Assembly: GCA_965279035.1 (NCBI GenBank)
Contig: OZ257142.1
Coordinates: forward strand, 2,976,001-3,040,000
Direction of reading: 5' to 3'
Length of the DNA: 64,000 bases
Origin: Bacteroidia bacterium
GTDB taxonomy: Bacteria; Bacteroidota; Bacteroidia; M30B66
Both the position numbers and the translations under genes were made by a program. The notes under the pieces are model-generated. The model did no database searches. It was not told the origin of the DNA and worked only from the letters and a program-made list of their open reading frames with translations. Shown here piece after piece: positions 54,887 to 64,000 of the stretch (position 1 is its first letter; each line of letters starts with the position of its first letter).

Positions 54887-54968
54887 GGTAGAATTCGGTG
54901 AAACATCGAATAATTAGCGGTCAAAATTAGCGCATTTTGTGCATTAATACATGATCTAAATCACCAAT

Positions 54969-55769
54969 TTATTGAAGCTTAAAACTTATAGGTAAAGTGT
55001 ACATAACAGCCACAGGTTTGCCTTCTTGTCGCCCTGGAATCCATTTGGGCAAACTCGAAACAACACGAAGTGCTTCTGCATCAAGCAATGGATGAACACT
55101 TCGAATAATCGTACAATCGCTCACTAAACCATCACTCCCAACCTTAAACTTCACAAAAACTTTCCCTTCAATACTTTTCTTTCGACATTCTTTGGGATAG
55201 CGTACATTATTAGAAATATACTGATAAAGGGCTTGTTCTGTACCCGGAAATTGGGGCAATTCTTCAGCTGGAAAATACGTTGTATCTGCCCCACTCTTCG
55301 TATAACAAGTTCCTTTAATCATCTTGCCAGCATCGTATAGTTCTTTCCTACGCATTTTCCCATCAGGAGTATACCAAAAATGTGCACCAATGGCTAAATC
55401 ATTTCGATATTCTCCCTCAAAACTCACTTTTCCATTCGGATAAAAGATTCGTTCATTCCCATTGCGCATTCCATTTTTATAAAATATCTCTTGCACCTTT
55501 TCTCCTGTTTTTAAATACTGTGTATAAATTCCATCTTTAATTTCGCGTGGAATGATAGAACTTACTTGATATTCCGTTTTAATTGTTCCACTAATATCAA
55601 ATTCCCGAACAAGAAATCCTATCGCTTGTGGACTTGATATTTTATAGCTAGAAGCTTCAATCTGATTACAGGATTGTCCATCCTTATTGAAATAAAGTGT
55701 ATCACTCTGTGCCCAAATGGAAATGGAAATAGTGAATTGAAAAAGCAAAACAAAAACGAAACGCCTCAT
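54969..55769 (-). CDS. tonB: TonB C-terminal domain protein with MORN-variant repeats
   Basis: YKNGMRNG..YPNGK repeats; PQFPG..YPKE..IEGKVFVKF..LDAEALRVV..WIPG..LPISFKL. Cleavable signal peptide rather than a TM anchor. Confidence 0.8.
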   Translation of the reverse strand: MRRFVFVLLFQFTISISIWAQSDTLYFNKDGQSCNQIEASSYKISSPQAIGFLVREFDISGTIKTEYQVSSIIPREIKDGIYTQYLKTGEKVQEIFYKNGMRNGNERIFYPNGKVSFEGEYRNDLAIGAHFWYTPDGKMRRKELYDAGKMIKGTCYTKSGADTTYFPAEELPQFPGTEQALYQYISNNVRYPKECRKKSIEGKVFVKFKVGSDGLVSDCTIIRSVHPLLDAEALRVVSSLPKWIPGRQEGKPVAVMYTLPISFKLQ

Positions 55770-55811
55770 GGATTTAAATAAAAGAAAGGCAAATTAACGA
55801 CATTCAATGAA

Positions 55812-56012
55812 TTAAAGTTTGTATTCAAACCATATAACTTCCTCAATTGCTAATTGAAATACGCGCGCAATATCACTCGCTAATTTCAAGGATGGATTGT
55901 AGCGATTGTTTTCTAAATGTACAATCGTTTCACGCCGTACCTGAACACGATTCGCCAATTCCTCTTGAGAAATACTTAATTCTTGACGTAATTGTTTTAT
56001 CCGGTTTTGCAT
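55812..56012 (-). CDS. XRE/Cro-CI family HTH regulator
   Basis: NRIKQLR..SQEELA..VRRETIVHLENNRYNPSLKLA. ATG 56012 (track 56048). Confidence 0.9.
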   Translation of the reverse strand: MQNRIKQLRQELSISQEELANRVQVRRETIVHLENNRYNPSLKLASDIARVFQLAIEEVIWFEYKL

Positions 56013-56028
56013 CACCGGACTGCTTTTT

Positions 56029-56364
56029 TCAACTTCCTTTTCGGTCATAAATGGTGTACGAAATCCCCACTGTTAAACACATAAACCAAGTTATTCCTTG
56101 AATTGCTAAAATTAGTTGATCGGTCGATGGTTTTTGAATAATAAAAAATGCCAAAATCACATTTGCAATAATCGCTGCAATAAAGCCATTTCGAGCGGCT
56201 TTATCACTATTTTGTTTCATTCGTTCGTCTTTGGTCACTTTACTAAAGGCGCCAAAAGCTAAAAACGATAAGAAAGTTAACCAAGAATTATCCCCGGTAA
56301 TAGGTGCTAAAACAGCTAATACAGCAAGGAGAGTGAACAGTTGAAGAGTTTTACGTAGTTGCAT
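56029..56364 (-). CDS. Small membrane protein (DUF2178/DUF3796-like, DER motif)
   Basis: Four TMs with KDERMKQNSDKAARNGF; typical partner of small XRE regulators. Confidence 0.65.
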   Translation of the reverse strand: MQLRKTLQLFTLLAVLAVLAPITGDNSWLTFLSFLAFGAFSKVTKDERMKQNSDKAARNGFIAAIIANVILAFFIIQKPSTDQLILAIQGITWFMCLTVGISYTIYDRKGS

Positions 56365-56378
56365 AGTGTTAATTTTAT

Positions 56379-56416
56379 ATGTTACAAATATATAACATGT
56401 TAGATATATATAACAT
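56379..56416. promoter_or_regulatory. Tandem operator ATGTTA-N8-TAACAT x2
   Basis: ATGTTACAAATATATAACAT (56379-56398) and ATGTTAGATATATATAACAT (56397-56416), overlapping by 2 bp, just upstream of the membrane/XRE genes. Confidence 0.75.
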
Positions 56417-56434
56417 CTCAACTATTTTTTTTCA

Positions 56435-58219
56435 TCAACATTTCATGAACCTATAAGACTTCACCCGATTAGTATTCTTTAACCGAATAAAATAAATTCC
56501 CGATTGAAAATTTTGGATATCTAGAATTTCTTTTGCATTTATTGTTCCTTGCATCATGAGCTTTCCTGCAGCATCTTTAATTTCAAATTCTGTATAAATG
56601 CCCATCGTTTCAATGACTAATTTGTCATCAACTGGATTGGGATACAATTTAAATCCTAATTCATTTTCACTTGCAATTAAATCAGTTATAGTAATTTGAA
56701 TACTATTCGAATTTGCCGAAATACAACCCAATTCACTAACTATAACGTAATAAATTCCTGTGGCATTCACTGTTAGATCTTGAGCAGTTTCACTAATAAG
56801 AATCCCATCTTGATTATACCATTGATTTCCATTGATAGATGACGAATGCAGCGTATTTCCATTGAGAGTAATAGTGGGTGTTTCTGGTAGTGGATTCACT
56901 TGTACAAACAATGTCGATTCTCCTCCTTTTCCATAAACATTCACACCTCGTACAGTAATTTCCCCCGAAAATGCTGACAAATTAATATTCACCGTAATGG
57001 AATTGCTCGTACTTGTCCCAATAAATCCTGAAGGTAAAATCCATTCATACGAATTCGCTCCCGCAATGGACGCAACAGTATATGTGACGGAATTTTGTCC
57101 TCTACACGTGCTCAAACTCCCTATAATAGGACCGCTACACGCAGGAAGATGATTCAACAATACGCGATACAATAAAAATGTAACTCCATCCATTCCCGAT
57201 GGATCTGAATTCGTCAATCCACAAACAACAGCATTCATACAATCATCATAAATCATTTTACTTCGATAGCCCCAGGTTCTACCTCCATGTCCCCAATAGG
57301 TGTGATTTTGAGTTGTTTCACGGCTTAATCCAAGTCCATAATCGTATGTGGGCGATGGAGTTGCAACGAACGTAGTTAATTCACTAAGCGATTGTTGATT
57401 TAAAATCTGACCATTAAATAATGCAGCATACCACTGAGCCATTTCGCCCGATGTAGAATAAATTGCTCCAGCTGCACCGCCTGCCGTATTTAAACCCGTT
57501 GTTGACGTATCGTTATAATCAATCGTATTCCACCAACGATGCGCCACTGTTCCAACCCAAGGTTCTTGCACATCATAAAATGTGCTATCCATATTCAATG
57601 GAATTAAAATACTATCTCGAATTAATCTTGAAATATGAAATCCAGTAATATTTTCTGCAATCATTCCAGCAATTACATAATTTATATTCGAATAGCCCCA
57701 ACCTGTACCTGCTGCAAATTGTGGAGTTCCAACCCATCCCAATACTTCCTCCGGACTAAAAACGCGATCTGAATTATTATTAATTGTATCCATATACGGT
57801 GCAACAAATAATGGATCCGAAATTCCACTCGTATGATTTAATAATTGTCGAACCGTAATAGCAGAATTAATATTCGGATGCGCTGGCAACCATGTTCCTA
57901 TTGCAGCATCCAGATTAATTTGATTGTTTTCGGCAAGTTTCAACATCACCGTCGAAACAAATAATTTCGTATTACTCGCAATTCCAAATTCCATATCCGA
58001 ATTTATTGGAACACCCGTATGCGATAAACCAGAAACACCTTTCCACATGCCCTGTCCAGGCAAATACACACTAGCCGACATTCCCTTAATATTCGAAATC
58101 AACGATGTGTAATACGTTAATGTATCCTGCAACATGTTCGTTAATTCCGGCGATAGCGTTTGGCTTTGGCTTTTTTGAATGCATAATAAAACCAGAAAAC
58201 TTAATATAAATTTCCTCAT
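56435..58219 (-). CDS. Serine hydrolase (D-Ala-D-Ala carboxypeptidase-like) with Ig-like domains and T9SS type A CTD
   Basis: ASNTK, LLNHTSG, YSN, HGG; CTD LYPNPV..DAAGK..SGIYFIR. Confidence 0.9.
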   Translation of the reverse strand: MRKFILSFLVLLCIQKSQSQTLSPELTNMLQDTLTYYTSLISNIKGMSASVYLPGQGMWKGVSGLSHTGVPINSDMEFGIASNTKLFVSTVMLKLAENNQINLDAAIGTWLPAHPNINSAITVRQLLNHTSGISDPLFVAPYMDTINNNSDRVFSPEEVLGWVGTPQFAAGTGWGYSNINYVIAGMIAENITGFHISRLIRDSILIPLNMDSTFYDVQEPWVGTVAHRWWNTIDYNDTSTTGLNTAGGAAGAIYSTSGEMAQWYAALFNGQILNQQSLSELTTFVATPSPTYDYGLGLSRETTQNHTYWGHGGRTWGYRSKMIYDDCMNAVVCGLTNSDPSGMDGVTFLLYRVLLNHLPACSGPIIGSLSTCRGQNSVTYTVASIAGANSYEWILPSGFIGTSTSNSITVNINLSAFSGEITVRGVNVYGKGGESTLFVQVNPLPETPTITLNGNTLHSSSINGNQWYNQDGILISETAQDLTVNATGIYYVIVSELGCISANSNSIQITITDLIASENELGFKLYPNPVDDKLVIETMGIYTEFEIKDAAGKLMMQGTINAKEILDIQNFQSGIYFIRLKNTNRVKSYRFMKC

Positions 58220-58573
58220 CAGAAATAGTTTTTGAATTCATTAAATTTACCACTATTAAAGAAATTATTGGAATATATCTCAGAGAATATGAACATGTAT
58301 TTTAACAAGTTAGTATCATTTAATTCCCTTTTGGGCAAATAATAAAAGGACTTCCGCTAAGCTTCATCCCTTTTATTACCGCGCTTTCGCCCATGCATGG
58401 CATTTGGCTCTATCGCTTTTGCAAGAATACTCTCAAACTAAATAAACCTGTTGAATGGTAAAATTAAAACACAATTCAAAAATGTTAATCGCATATGCAA
58501 ATATTGAATGTTAGTGGAAGGCTCTAAAAATTAAATTATATTAAACTAAATTTAGGTTTAGAAACGTATCAGT

Positions 58574-58729
58574 GCGATGGCTATGTCTGGGCGGCGAGGG
58601 TGTGTTTCGACTTTCATTAGAAAAATGAATTTCCGAGCAGAATGGTCGAAAAAAGGCCATGCGCGCAAGCAGCATCGTCCAGACTTGAACTTCTTTGGTT
58701 ACTTTCTTGTTTCAAGACAAGAAAGTAAC
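58574..58729. repeat. GC-rich structured intergenic element ending in a 13-bp perfect hairpin
   Basis: GTCTGGGCG/CGTCCAGAC outer stem, TTCGAC/GTCGAA inner stem, and GTTACTTTCTTGT-TTCAAG-ACAAGAAAGTAAC (58698-58729). Confidence 0.55.
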
Positions 58730-59006
58730 ACGTCGTAGACAAACATGAATGATATATTAACAAGTTGCTTTAACAGCTTTATTTCATTGATTGATATGAA
58801 ATAATAAAATTGATAAATCAACCACACATAGGTTTAGATAATTAGAATTCAACAATTAGTTAAGAATTAAATTCCATTGAACCAATTAACTTCATTCAAA
58901 ATCCAACGTATATTGCAAGACCATTTGATTAAATCAATCAAAATCTACCTGACCAATTCATTCATTATTTCTCGGAAATAATAATGTATCCATTCTCTCC
59001 ATCTGC

Positions 59007-62000
59007 ATGCGTAAATTCCATTTACTTTTCTGCTTTTGCTTGTTGATTTTCCAATTCTACAATGGTTTTGCGCAAATTATCATCAACGAAGGTTCCAACA
59101 GAAACTACTCAACTATTGCCGACGAAAATGGCGATTTCCCCGATTGGATTGAATTATACAATGCTGGAAACGATACAGTCAATTTGTATAATTATGCCTT
59201 AAGCGACGCATTAGATCAACCTTCTCAATGGCTTTTTCCACCCATTAACCTTGCACCGGGAGAATTTAAAGTTGTATTCTGTAGTGGTAAAAACCGAAAA
59301 CCGATAAGTGGCTTTCAACATGTTGTTACAAGCAATGCATTCAATCCAGTTACTGGTTGGAATACCCACACTTTTACAGAACCTTTTTATTGGGATGGAA
59401 TTTCCAATATCCTCATCAATGTGTGTTCATTTTCATCTACTGGATATACTGTAAATTCTATTTTCAACCAAACTGAAACTACCTACAATTCTACCTTATA
59501 CAGCTTTCAAGATGGCAGCCCAGCTTCTTGTTCAGCTCAATATGGAACAGCTGCAACGCGTCGACCAAACATAAAATTGAACAATTCAATTATTGGTTCA
59601 GGAACATCGCAAAATGGCAACACCGATTATCCTGCTCCTTATGGAAATTGGTATTGGGGCGCTCGACATCAATTGTTAATTCCAGCCAACGAATTAAATG
59701 CGTCCGGTTTAACTGCCGGAAATATCAATAGTCTCTCCTTCGATATTGCATCAACAGAACCAAGTACGGTTTACGATTACATCGAACTCAACATGAAATT
59801 AGTTTCAGAAAACAATCTGACTACTGAATTTCAATCGATCGATCCCAATATGAACCAACACACCAATTTTAAAATTTCTTCCGATGGTGAAACAGTTTAC
59901 CTCTTTTCACCAGATCATTTGCCGATAAGTTCCTTAGAAGTTTCCGTCCAAAATCTTGATAATAGCACCGGATTATTTCCTGATGCTAGCAGCAATACTG
60001 TTCTGTTTGATATTGCAAGTCCAGCAGCATCCAACAATCAATCAAACATATTTAATTCTTATGCTTTAGCACCCGATTTAATTACTCCATCCGGTCTTTT
60101 TCAATCAACGTTAAACATATCTATAAGTGACTTAAATCCAGTTTCCGAACAAGCAATAATACGTTACACCACCGATGGAAGCGAGCCGAATGATTCATCA
60201 ACACTTTATACTTCATCTGGAATATTTATTTTCACTTCAAGCACCATTCGGGCACGTGCATTTATTGAAGGAAAATTACCAAGTAGCGTAAGTTCAGCAT
60301 CCTATTTATTAGGATTAAATCATGTAACTCCCATTATTTCAGTCATGACCAATTCCAGTAATTTATATGGAAATGCTGGTATTTTCGATCATTGGGATCA
60401 GGATTGGGAGCGCCCCGTGCATGTTGATTATTTCGATACAGATCATAGCCTTATATTTTCCCAAAACAGCGGAATGCAAATCGATGGTGGCTGGGGAGGA
60501 AGTCGATCCAATCCTCAACATTCATTTCGATTAGAATTAGATAATGGAGTTTTAGGCGAAGGATCGGTGAATTTTCCATTTATTCCCAATCGTCCTAATA
60601 GAACCAAATACAGTAATTTTTATTTACGCAATGGTAGTAATCAATACCTCGCATTGCCCTATAAAGATGCCTCACAGGTGATGATGATGGCTGGCGAAAC
60701 AAATAATTATTTCTCTGCTTGGCGCCCTGTCACCGTGTATATCAATGGAAATTATTTTGGTTTATATGAACTACGTGAAAAGTTCGATACCGAATATTTT
60801 AAAACACTCGAAGGTGCAACTTCTGCACAAACCGAAATACTAACAGCAAGTGCTTGGTATGGTTGGGGATTGCGTGCATTAACTGGATCTGTAGAAAATT
60901 TTTATTCGGTACATGCTCAATTCGATCAATTAGATCCCAATGATTCTAATTTCTGGAATAATGCCGATCAGTATTTCGACATGACCTATTACACCGATTA
61001 TATTATTGGAGAAAGTTGGATGGGAAATACCGATTGGCCAGCAAATAATATTAAAATATATCGTTCCGATGCAACCAATCAACGTTATCGGTTTTGTACG
61101 ATCGATTTAGAAATGTCGATGGGACCTTTTGCTTTTACCGATTGTACTATTGATCATATTGCTTATATGCTCGGTCAAGATCAAAATAATCCCTATATCA
61201 ACATCTTTTTAAAAGGTATACAGAACAAGCGTTTCCACGATTATTTCATCAACCGTTTCGCGGATAATATGAACACCACATATCGCATCGATCGTTTATT
61301 GGGAATTGAAAATAGCATGTTTAATTCTACAGTATTGGAAATGCCCAATGAATATGGACGCTGGGGCGATCCCAATGCTATTTCACAACAAATGACTTCC
61401 TTTTACGATAATCATTTATTTTTTCAAGATCAGCTTTCACAACGTACCGAAATTGTCCGGAATAATATTCAAAGCAATTTCGAATTACCCAGTCAGGTGG
61501 ATATGACTTTGGATGTATTTCCTGCAGGTTCAGGTAAAATAAAAATCAGCACCATTACACCTGATGAATATCCTTGGAATGGGGTGTATTTTAATGGTAT
61601 TCCAGTGAAAATTGAAGCCATTGCTAATACGGGTTATCATTTCTTGCATTGGGGAAATAATGCTTTATTAAATGATACATTGCAATCGGTATTTATAGAT
61701 ACACTCAATTTAAATAGTGTTTTATTCAAAGCCTATTTTGAAGAGAATTTTGATGTGAGTACTCAAGAACTTGCATCGTCAAATGGATGGAGCGTTTATC
61801 CCAATCCAGCGCATAATCAACTTTACCTCGCGCATCCTTCAGCTACAAATACGAATAGCTATCAAATTATCGACTTAGCTGGTCGTATTCAACAAAGCGG
61901 AACCATTGTTTCAGATTTGAGTAATTCAGTCATTGATTTGAGTGCATTAGCACCTTCAGCCTATATTATTCGCTTGTTTTCAAAGGAAAAAACAGATGCT

Positions 62001-62027
62001 CAAATCCGATTTATTAAGACACGTTAA
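59007..62027 (+). CDS. CotH kinase-family protein (lamin-tail, Fn3-associated, CotH, T9SS type A CTD)
   Basis: IIINEG..DWIELYN; IRYTTDGSEP; WERP..GGSR..YINGNYFGLYELREK..NTDWPANN..DLE; CTD VYPNPA..DLAGR. Confidence 0.9.
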   Translation: MRKFHLLFCFCLLIFQFYNGFAQIIINEGSNRNYSTIADENGDFPDWIELYNAGNDTVNLYNYALSDALDQPSQWLFPPINLAPGEFKVVFCSGKNRKPISGFQHVVTSNAFNPVTGWNTHTFTEPFYWDGISNILINVCSFSSTGYTVNSIFNQTETTYNSTLYSFQDGSPASCSAQYGTAATRRPNIKLNNSIIGSGTSQNGNTDYPAPYGNWYWGARHQLLIPANELNASGLTAGNINSLSFDIASTEPSTVYDYIELNMKLVSENNLTTEFQSIDPNMNQHTNFKISSDGETVYLFSPDHLPISSLEVSVQNLDNSTGLFPDASSNTVLFDIASPAASNNQSNIFNSYALAPDLITPSGLFQSTLNISISDLNPVSEQAIIRYTTDGSEPNDSSTLYTSSGIFIFTSSTIRARAFIEGKLPSSVSSASYLLGLNHVTPIISVMTNSSNLYGNAGIFDHWDQDWERPVHVDYFDTDHSLIFSQNSGMQIDGGWGGSRSNPQHSFRLELDNGVLGEGSVNFPFIPNRPNRTKYSNFYLRNGSNQYLALPYKDASQVMMMAGETNNYFSAWRPVTVYINGNYFGLYELREKFDTEYFKTLEGATSAQTEILTASAWYGWGLRALTGSVENFYSVHAQFDQLDPNDSNFWNNADQYFDMTYYTDYIIGESWMGNTDWPANNIKIYRSDATNQRYRFCTIDLEMSMGPFAFTDCTIDHIAYMLGQDQNNPYINIFLKGIQNKRFHDYFINRFADNMNTTYRIDRLLGIENSMFNSTVLEMPNEYGRWGDPNAISQQMTSFYDNHLFFQDQLSQRTEIVRNNIQSNFELPSQVDMTLDVFPAGSGKIKISTITPDEYPWNGVYFNGIPVKIEAIANTGYHFLHWGNNALLNDTLQSVFIDTLNLNSVLFKAYFEENFDVSTQELASSNGWSVYPNPAHNQLYLAHPSATNTNSYQIIDLAGRIQQSGTIVSDLSNSVIDLSALAPSAYIIRLFSKEKTDAQIRFIKTR

Positions 62028-62029
62028 AA

Positions 62030-63445
62030 TCAAAAAATAAGTACTAAAATCACCAATAAAATAAATGAAATAATATTGAGTACAATTCCGGCTCTCAACA
62101 TTTCGGATGGACGAATATGACCACTACTAAAAGCAATAGCATTCGGTGGTGTACTCATGGGAAACATAAAATCGCAGCTTGCCGAAATAGTTACTGGAAT
62201 AGCAAATACCAAAGGATCAATTCCACGAGTTTGAGCTAAAGCAGCAACAACGGGAACGAAAATCGTCACCATCGCTAAATTGCTCATAAATGCAGTGAGA
62301 ATCAAACCGATTCCACATAATAAAATGAGATAAGCATCCGCACTGAGGCCTTGTAATGAAGCCAAATGACTGGTAAGCATATCAAGTGCACCACATTTTT
62401 TAAAAGCCATAGCCAGCGATAAACCACCACCAAACATGAGCAAAATTCCCCAAGGTAAACGGCTTGTGTCATCCCAATGCAACATGGTTTCATCGTCATT
62501 TCCTTTGATAATAAATAAACTCACACCCGCTGCCATAGCTACCCAAACATCACTCAATGGATAAGTTGGATAAAAAGATTTGATAATTCCTTCGGAGAGC
62601 CATAACGTAACAGCACAACAGAAGACAATCAACATACGCTTTTCACTTTTACTAAAAGCTCCTAATTGTATTAATTCATGTTGAAAAAATGCATGTCCTT
62701 TTTCAAATTTCCCTAAATGCACCGGAAATATCCAATGGCTTAAAACATAATACGCTGATAGCAATAAAACCAATGAAAAAGGAGTTCCATAAAGCATCCA
62801 TTCGGCGAAGGAAATTTCTCGGTTAAAAGTCTCACTTAATATTCCAACAGCAGCTGCATTGGGCGGTGTTCCAATGAGAGTAGCCATTCCACCAATACTG
62901 GATGCATATGCTATTCCTAGAAAAAGATTGAGCTTAAAATTGCGAATGGAGCGACTATGTTCGGTTTCATCGGTGTGAAATAAATTTGCTACAGCCAACG
63001 CAATAGGAAACATCATTAATGTGGTTGCTGTATTCGAAATCCACATGCTGATGAACCACGAAGACAACATAAATCCGAGAATAATACGATTGGAATTTGT
63101 TCCTGTTATGAGCACTAAACTCAAGGAAAAACGTTTATGTAATTGGGATTTTTCGAGCGCCAATGCCATGAGAAATCCACCTAAAAAAAGAAACACGAAT
63201 TTATCTCCATAAGGTGCGCATGCGGCTTCCATGGTGGAAATTCCTAAAACGGGAAAAAGCAAAATGGGTAATAATGCTGTAACAGCCATTGGAACTGATT
63301 CAAGCAGCCACCAAGCAAGCATCCAGAGTAATATTCCCAACACCATTATAACTTGAATGGACCAATGAAAAGGATTGATCCATATGAGTAAAGATGTAAT
63401 CAAGGGTGGCAAAACGATCTTTAAGAAATGGGATGATTGTTTCAT
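62030..63445 (-). CDS. DASS/SLC13 sodium-coupled anion symporter
   Basis: SMWISNTATT, ASSIGGMATLIGTPPN, LPWGILLMFGGGLSL, FMFPMSTPPNAI. Confidence 0.94.
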   Translation of the reverse strand: MKQSSHFLKIVLPPLITSLLIWINPFHWSIQVIMVLGILLWMLAWWLLESVPMAVTALLPILLFPVLGISTMEAACAPYGDKFVFLFLGGFLMALALEKSQLHKRFSLSLVLITGTNSNRIILGFMLSSWFISMWISNTATTLMMFPIALAVANLFHTDETEHSRSIRNFKLNLFLGIAYASSIGGMATLIGTPPNAAAVGILSETFNREISFAEWMLYGTPFSLVLLLSAYYVLSHWIFPVHLGKFEKGHAFFQHELIQLGAFSKSEKRMLIVFCCAVTLWLSEGIIKSFYPTYPLSDVWVAMAAGVSLFIIKGNDDETMLHWDDTSRLPWGILLMFGGGLSLAMAFKKCGALDMLTSHLASLQGLSADAYLILLCGIGLILTAFMSNLAMVTIFVPVVAALAQTRGIDPLVFAIPVTISASCDFMFPMSTPPNAIAFSSGHIRPSEMLRAGIVLNIISFILLVILVLIF

Positions 63446-63524
63446 TAAATTCTAAAATGGTTGATTGGTAACTTCATGCAAATAATTAGTAATCGTAATA
63501 AATGTGGAATAAAAAACTTCTGAA

Positions 63525-63743
63525 TTAATGAGTTGATTTTGATTTACGAACAAACCCAAAATAAAAACTGAATAAGAAAAACACGAAATGTATACAACCA
63601 CGAATAAATAAAAATTCATGTGTCATTGTACTTCCCATAAAGGGTAAATCGATTTTTAAATAGGAGAAATACCAGCTAGCGCCCGCCGTAACGAAAAATG
63701 CACCTGATAAAAATTTAGCTATTTCCTTCCACTGTATTTTCAT
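63525..63743 (-). CDS. Small two-TM hypothetical protein
   Basis: 72-aa ORF with two hydrophobic segments, fills intergenic space. Confidence 0.65.
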   Translation of the reverse strand: MKIQWKEIAKFLSGAFFVTAGASWYFSYLKIDLPFMGSTMTHEFLFIRGCIHFVFFLFSFYFGFVRKSKSTH

Positions 63744-63763
63744 CCTGAATCTCGTTTATTGAT

Positions 63764-64000
63764 TTAATGCCGATTATCACAATTGATATAAACGGGTGGT
63801 AGGTCTTTCTTCAAAAAGGTAATTTTATCACAGCCAAAAGACATATACTCAAAACCCATAATTACTGGTGGTTTCCCTTTGAATAATCTACCAACAAATT
63901 GATTTATCATCTTTTCATTTGTCATCAAATTTAAAGGCGCAGGCATGGTACTTTCAGAATCATAAAAACAATCATTTCGAACGAGTGTATTGGTTTTACT
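63764..64000 (-). CDS. Hypothetical protein, C-terminal part (partial)
   Basis: Frame is open from the window edge (SKTNTLVRND...) to TAA 63764. Confidence 0.55.
   Translation of the reverse strand, partial: SKTNTLVRNDCFYDSESTMPAPLNLMTNEKMINQFVGRLFKGKPPVIMGFEYMSFGCDKITFLKKDLPPVYINCDNRH

Noticed and set aside
54886-54969. preQ1 riboswitch upstream of queD
   Set aside because: The leader is about 30 nt after the -7 box and lacks the preQ1 stem and A-rich tail.
58600-58690. Hammerhead ribozyme (minus strand CTAATGA...CGAAAC)
   Set aside because: Core CUGAnGA is not intact and no stem II fits between the motifs.
4706-63212. Numerous 60-105 aa ORFs antisense or out of frame within long genes (e.g. 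8461-8676, 22124-22333, 53916-54233)
   Set aside because: Fully or largely overlap well-supported genes and have no motifs; treated as shadow ORFs. 8461-8676 partly translates the heptamer repeat.

Overview
AT-rich chromosomal window from a Bacteroidota bacterium. The assignment is inferred from several T9SS type A and type B C-terminal domains, TAnnTTTG promoter boxes and GldL/GldM-like motifs. From left to right it holds: the left part of an IS3-family element with a second IS-end-like sequence beside it; a PadR operon whose second gene looks like a GldL-like x2 + GldM-N-like fusion; an arsR-arsM-acr3-arsC operon with repeat DNA in every intergenic gap; T9SS cargo genes and a TonB-dependent receptor; GT-C and GT2 glycosylation genes around the SRP RNA (ffs); a 14-gene Wzx/Wzy exopolysaccharide operon (44060->26023); a 1936-aa PKD repeat protein; a cutinase/chlorophyllase-like T9SS hydrolase; mlaEFD; queD; tonB; an XRE module; a serine hydrolase; a CotH protein; and a DASS transporter. 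The most unusual part is the EPS operon. It encodes a three-domain APH-kinase/nucleotidyltransferase/TMK-like protein and a Wzc with a degenerate kinase domain. It also carries what look like the two ends of an NtrC-type activator (stand-alone receiver first, stand-alone Fis-HTH near the end, no AAA+ domain), with paired TTCCG-N5-CGGAA boxes upstream. All calls come from motif recognition by eye; no database searches were run.
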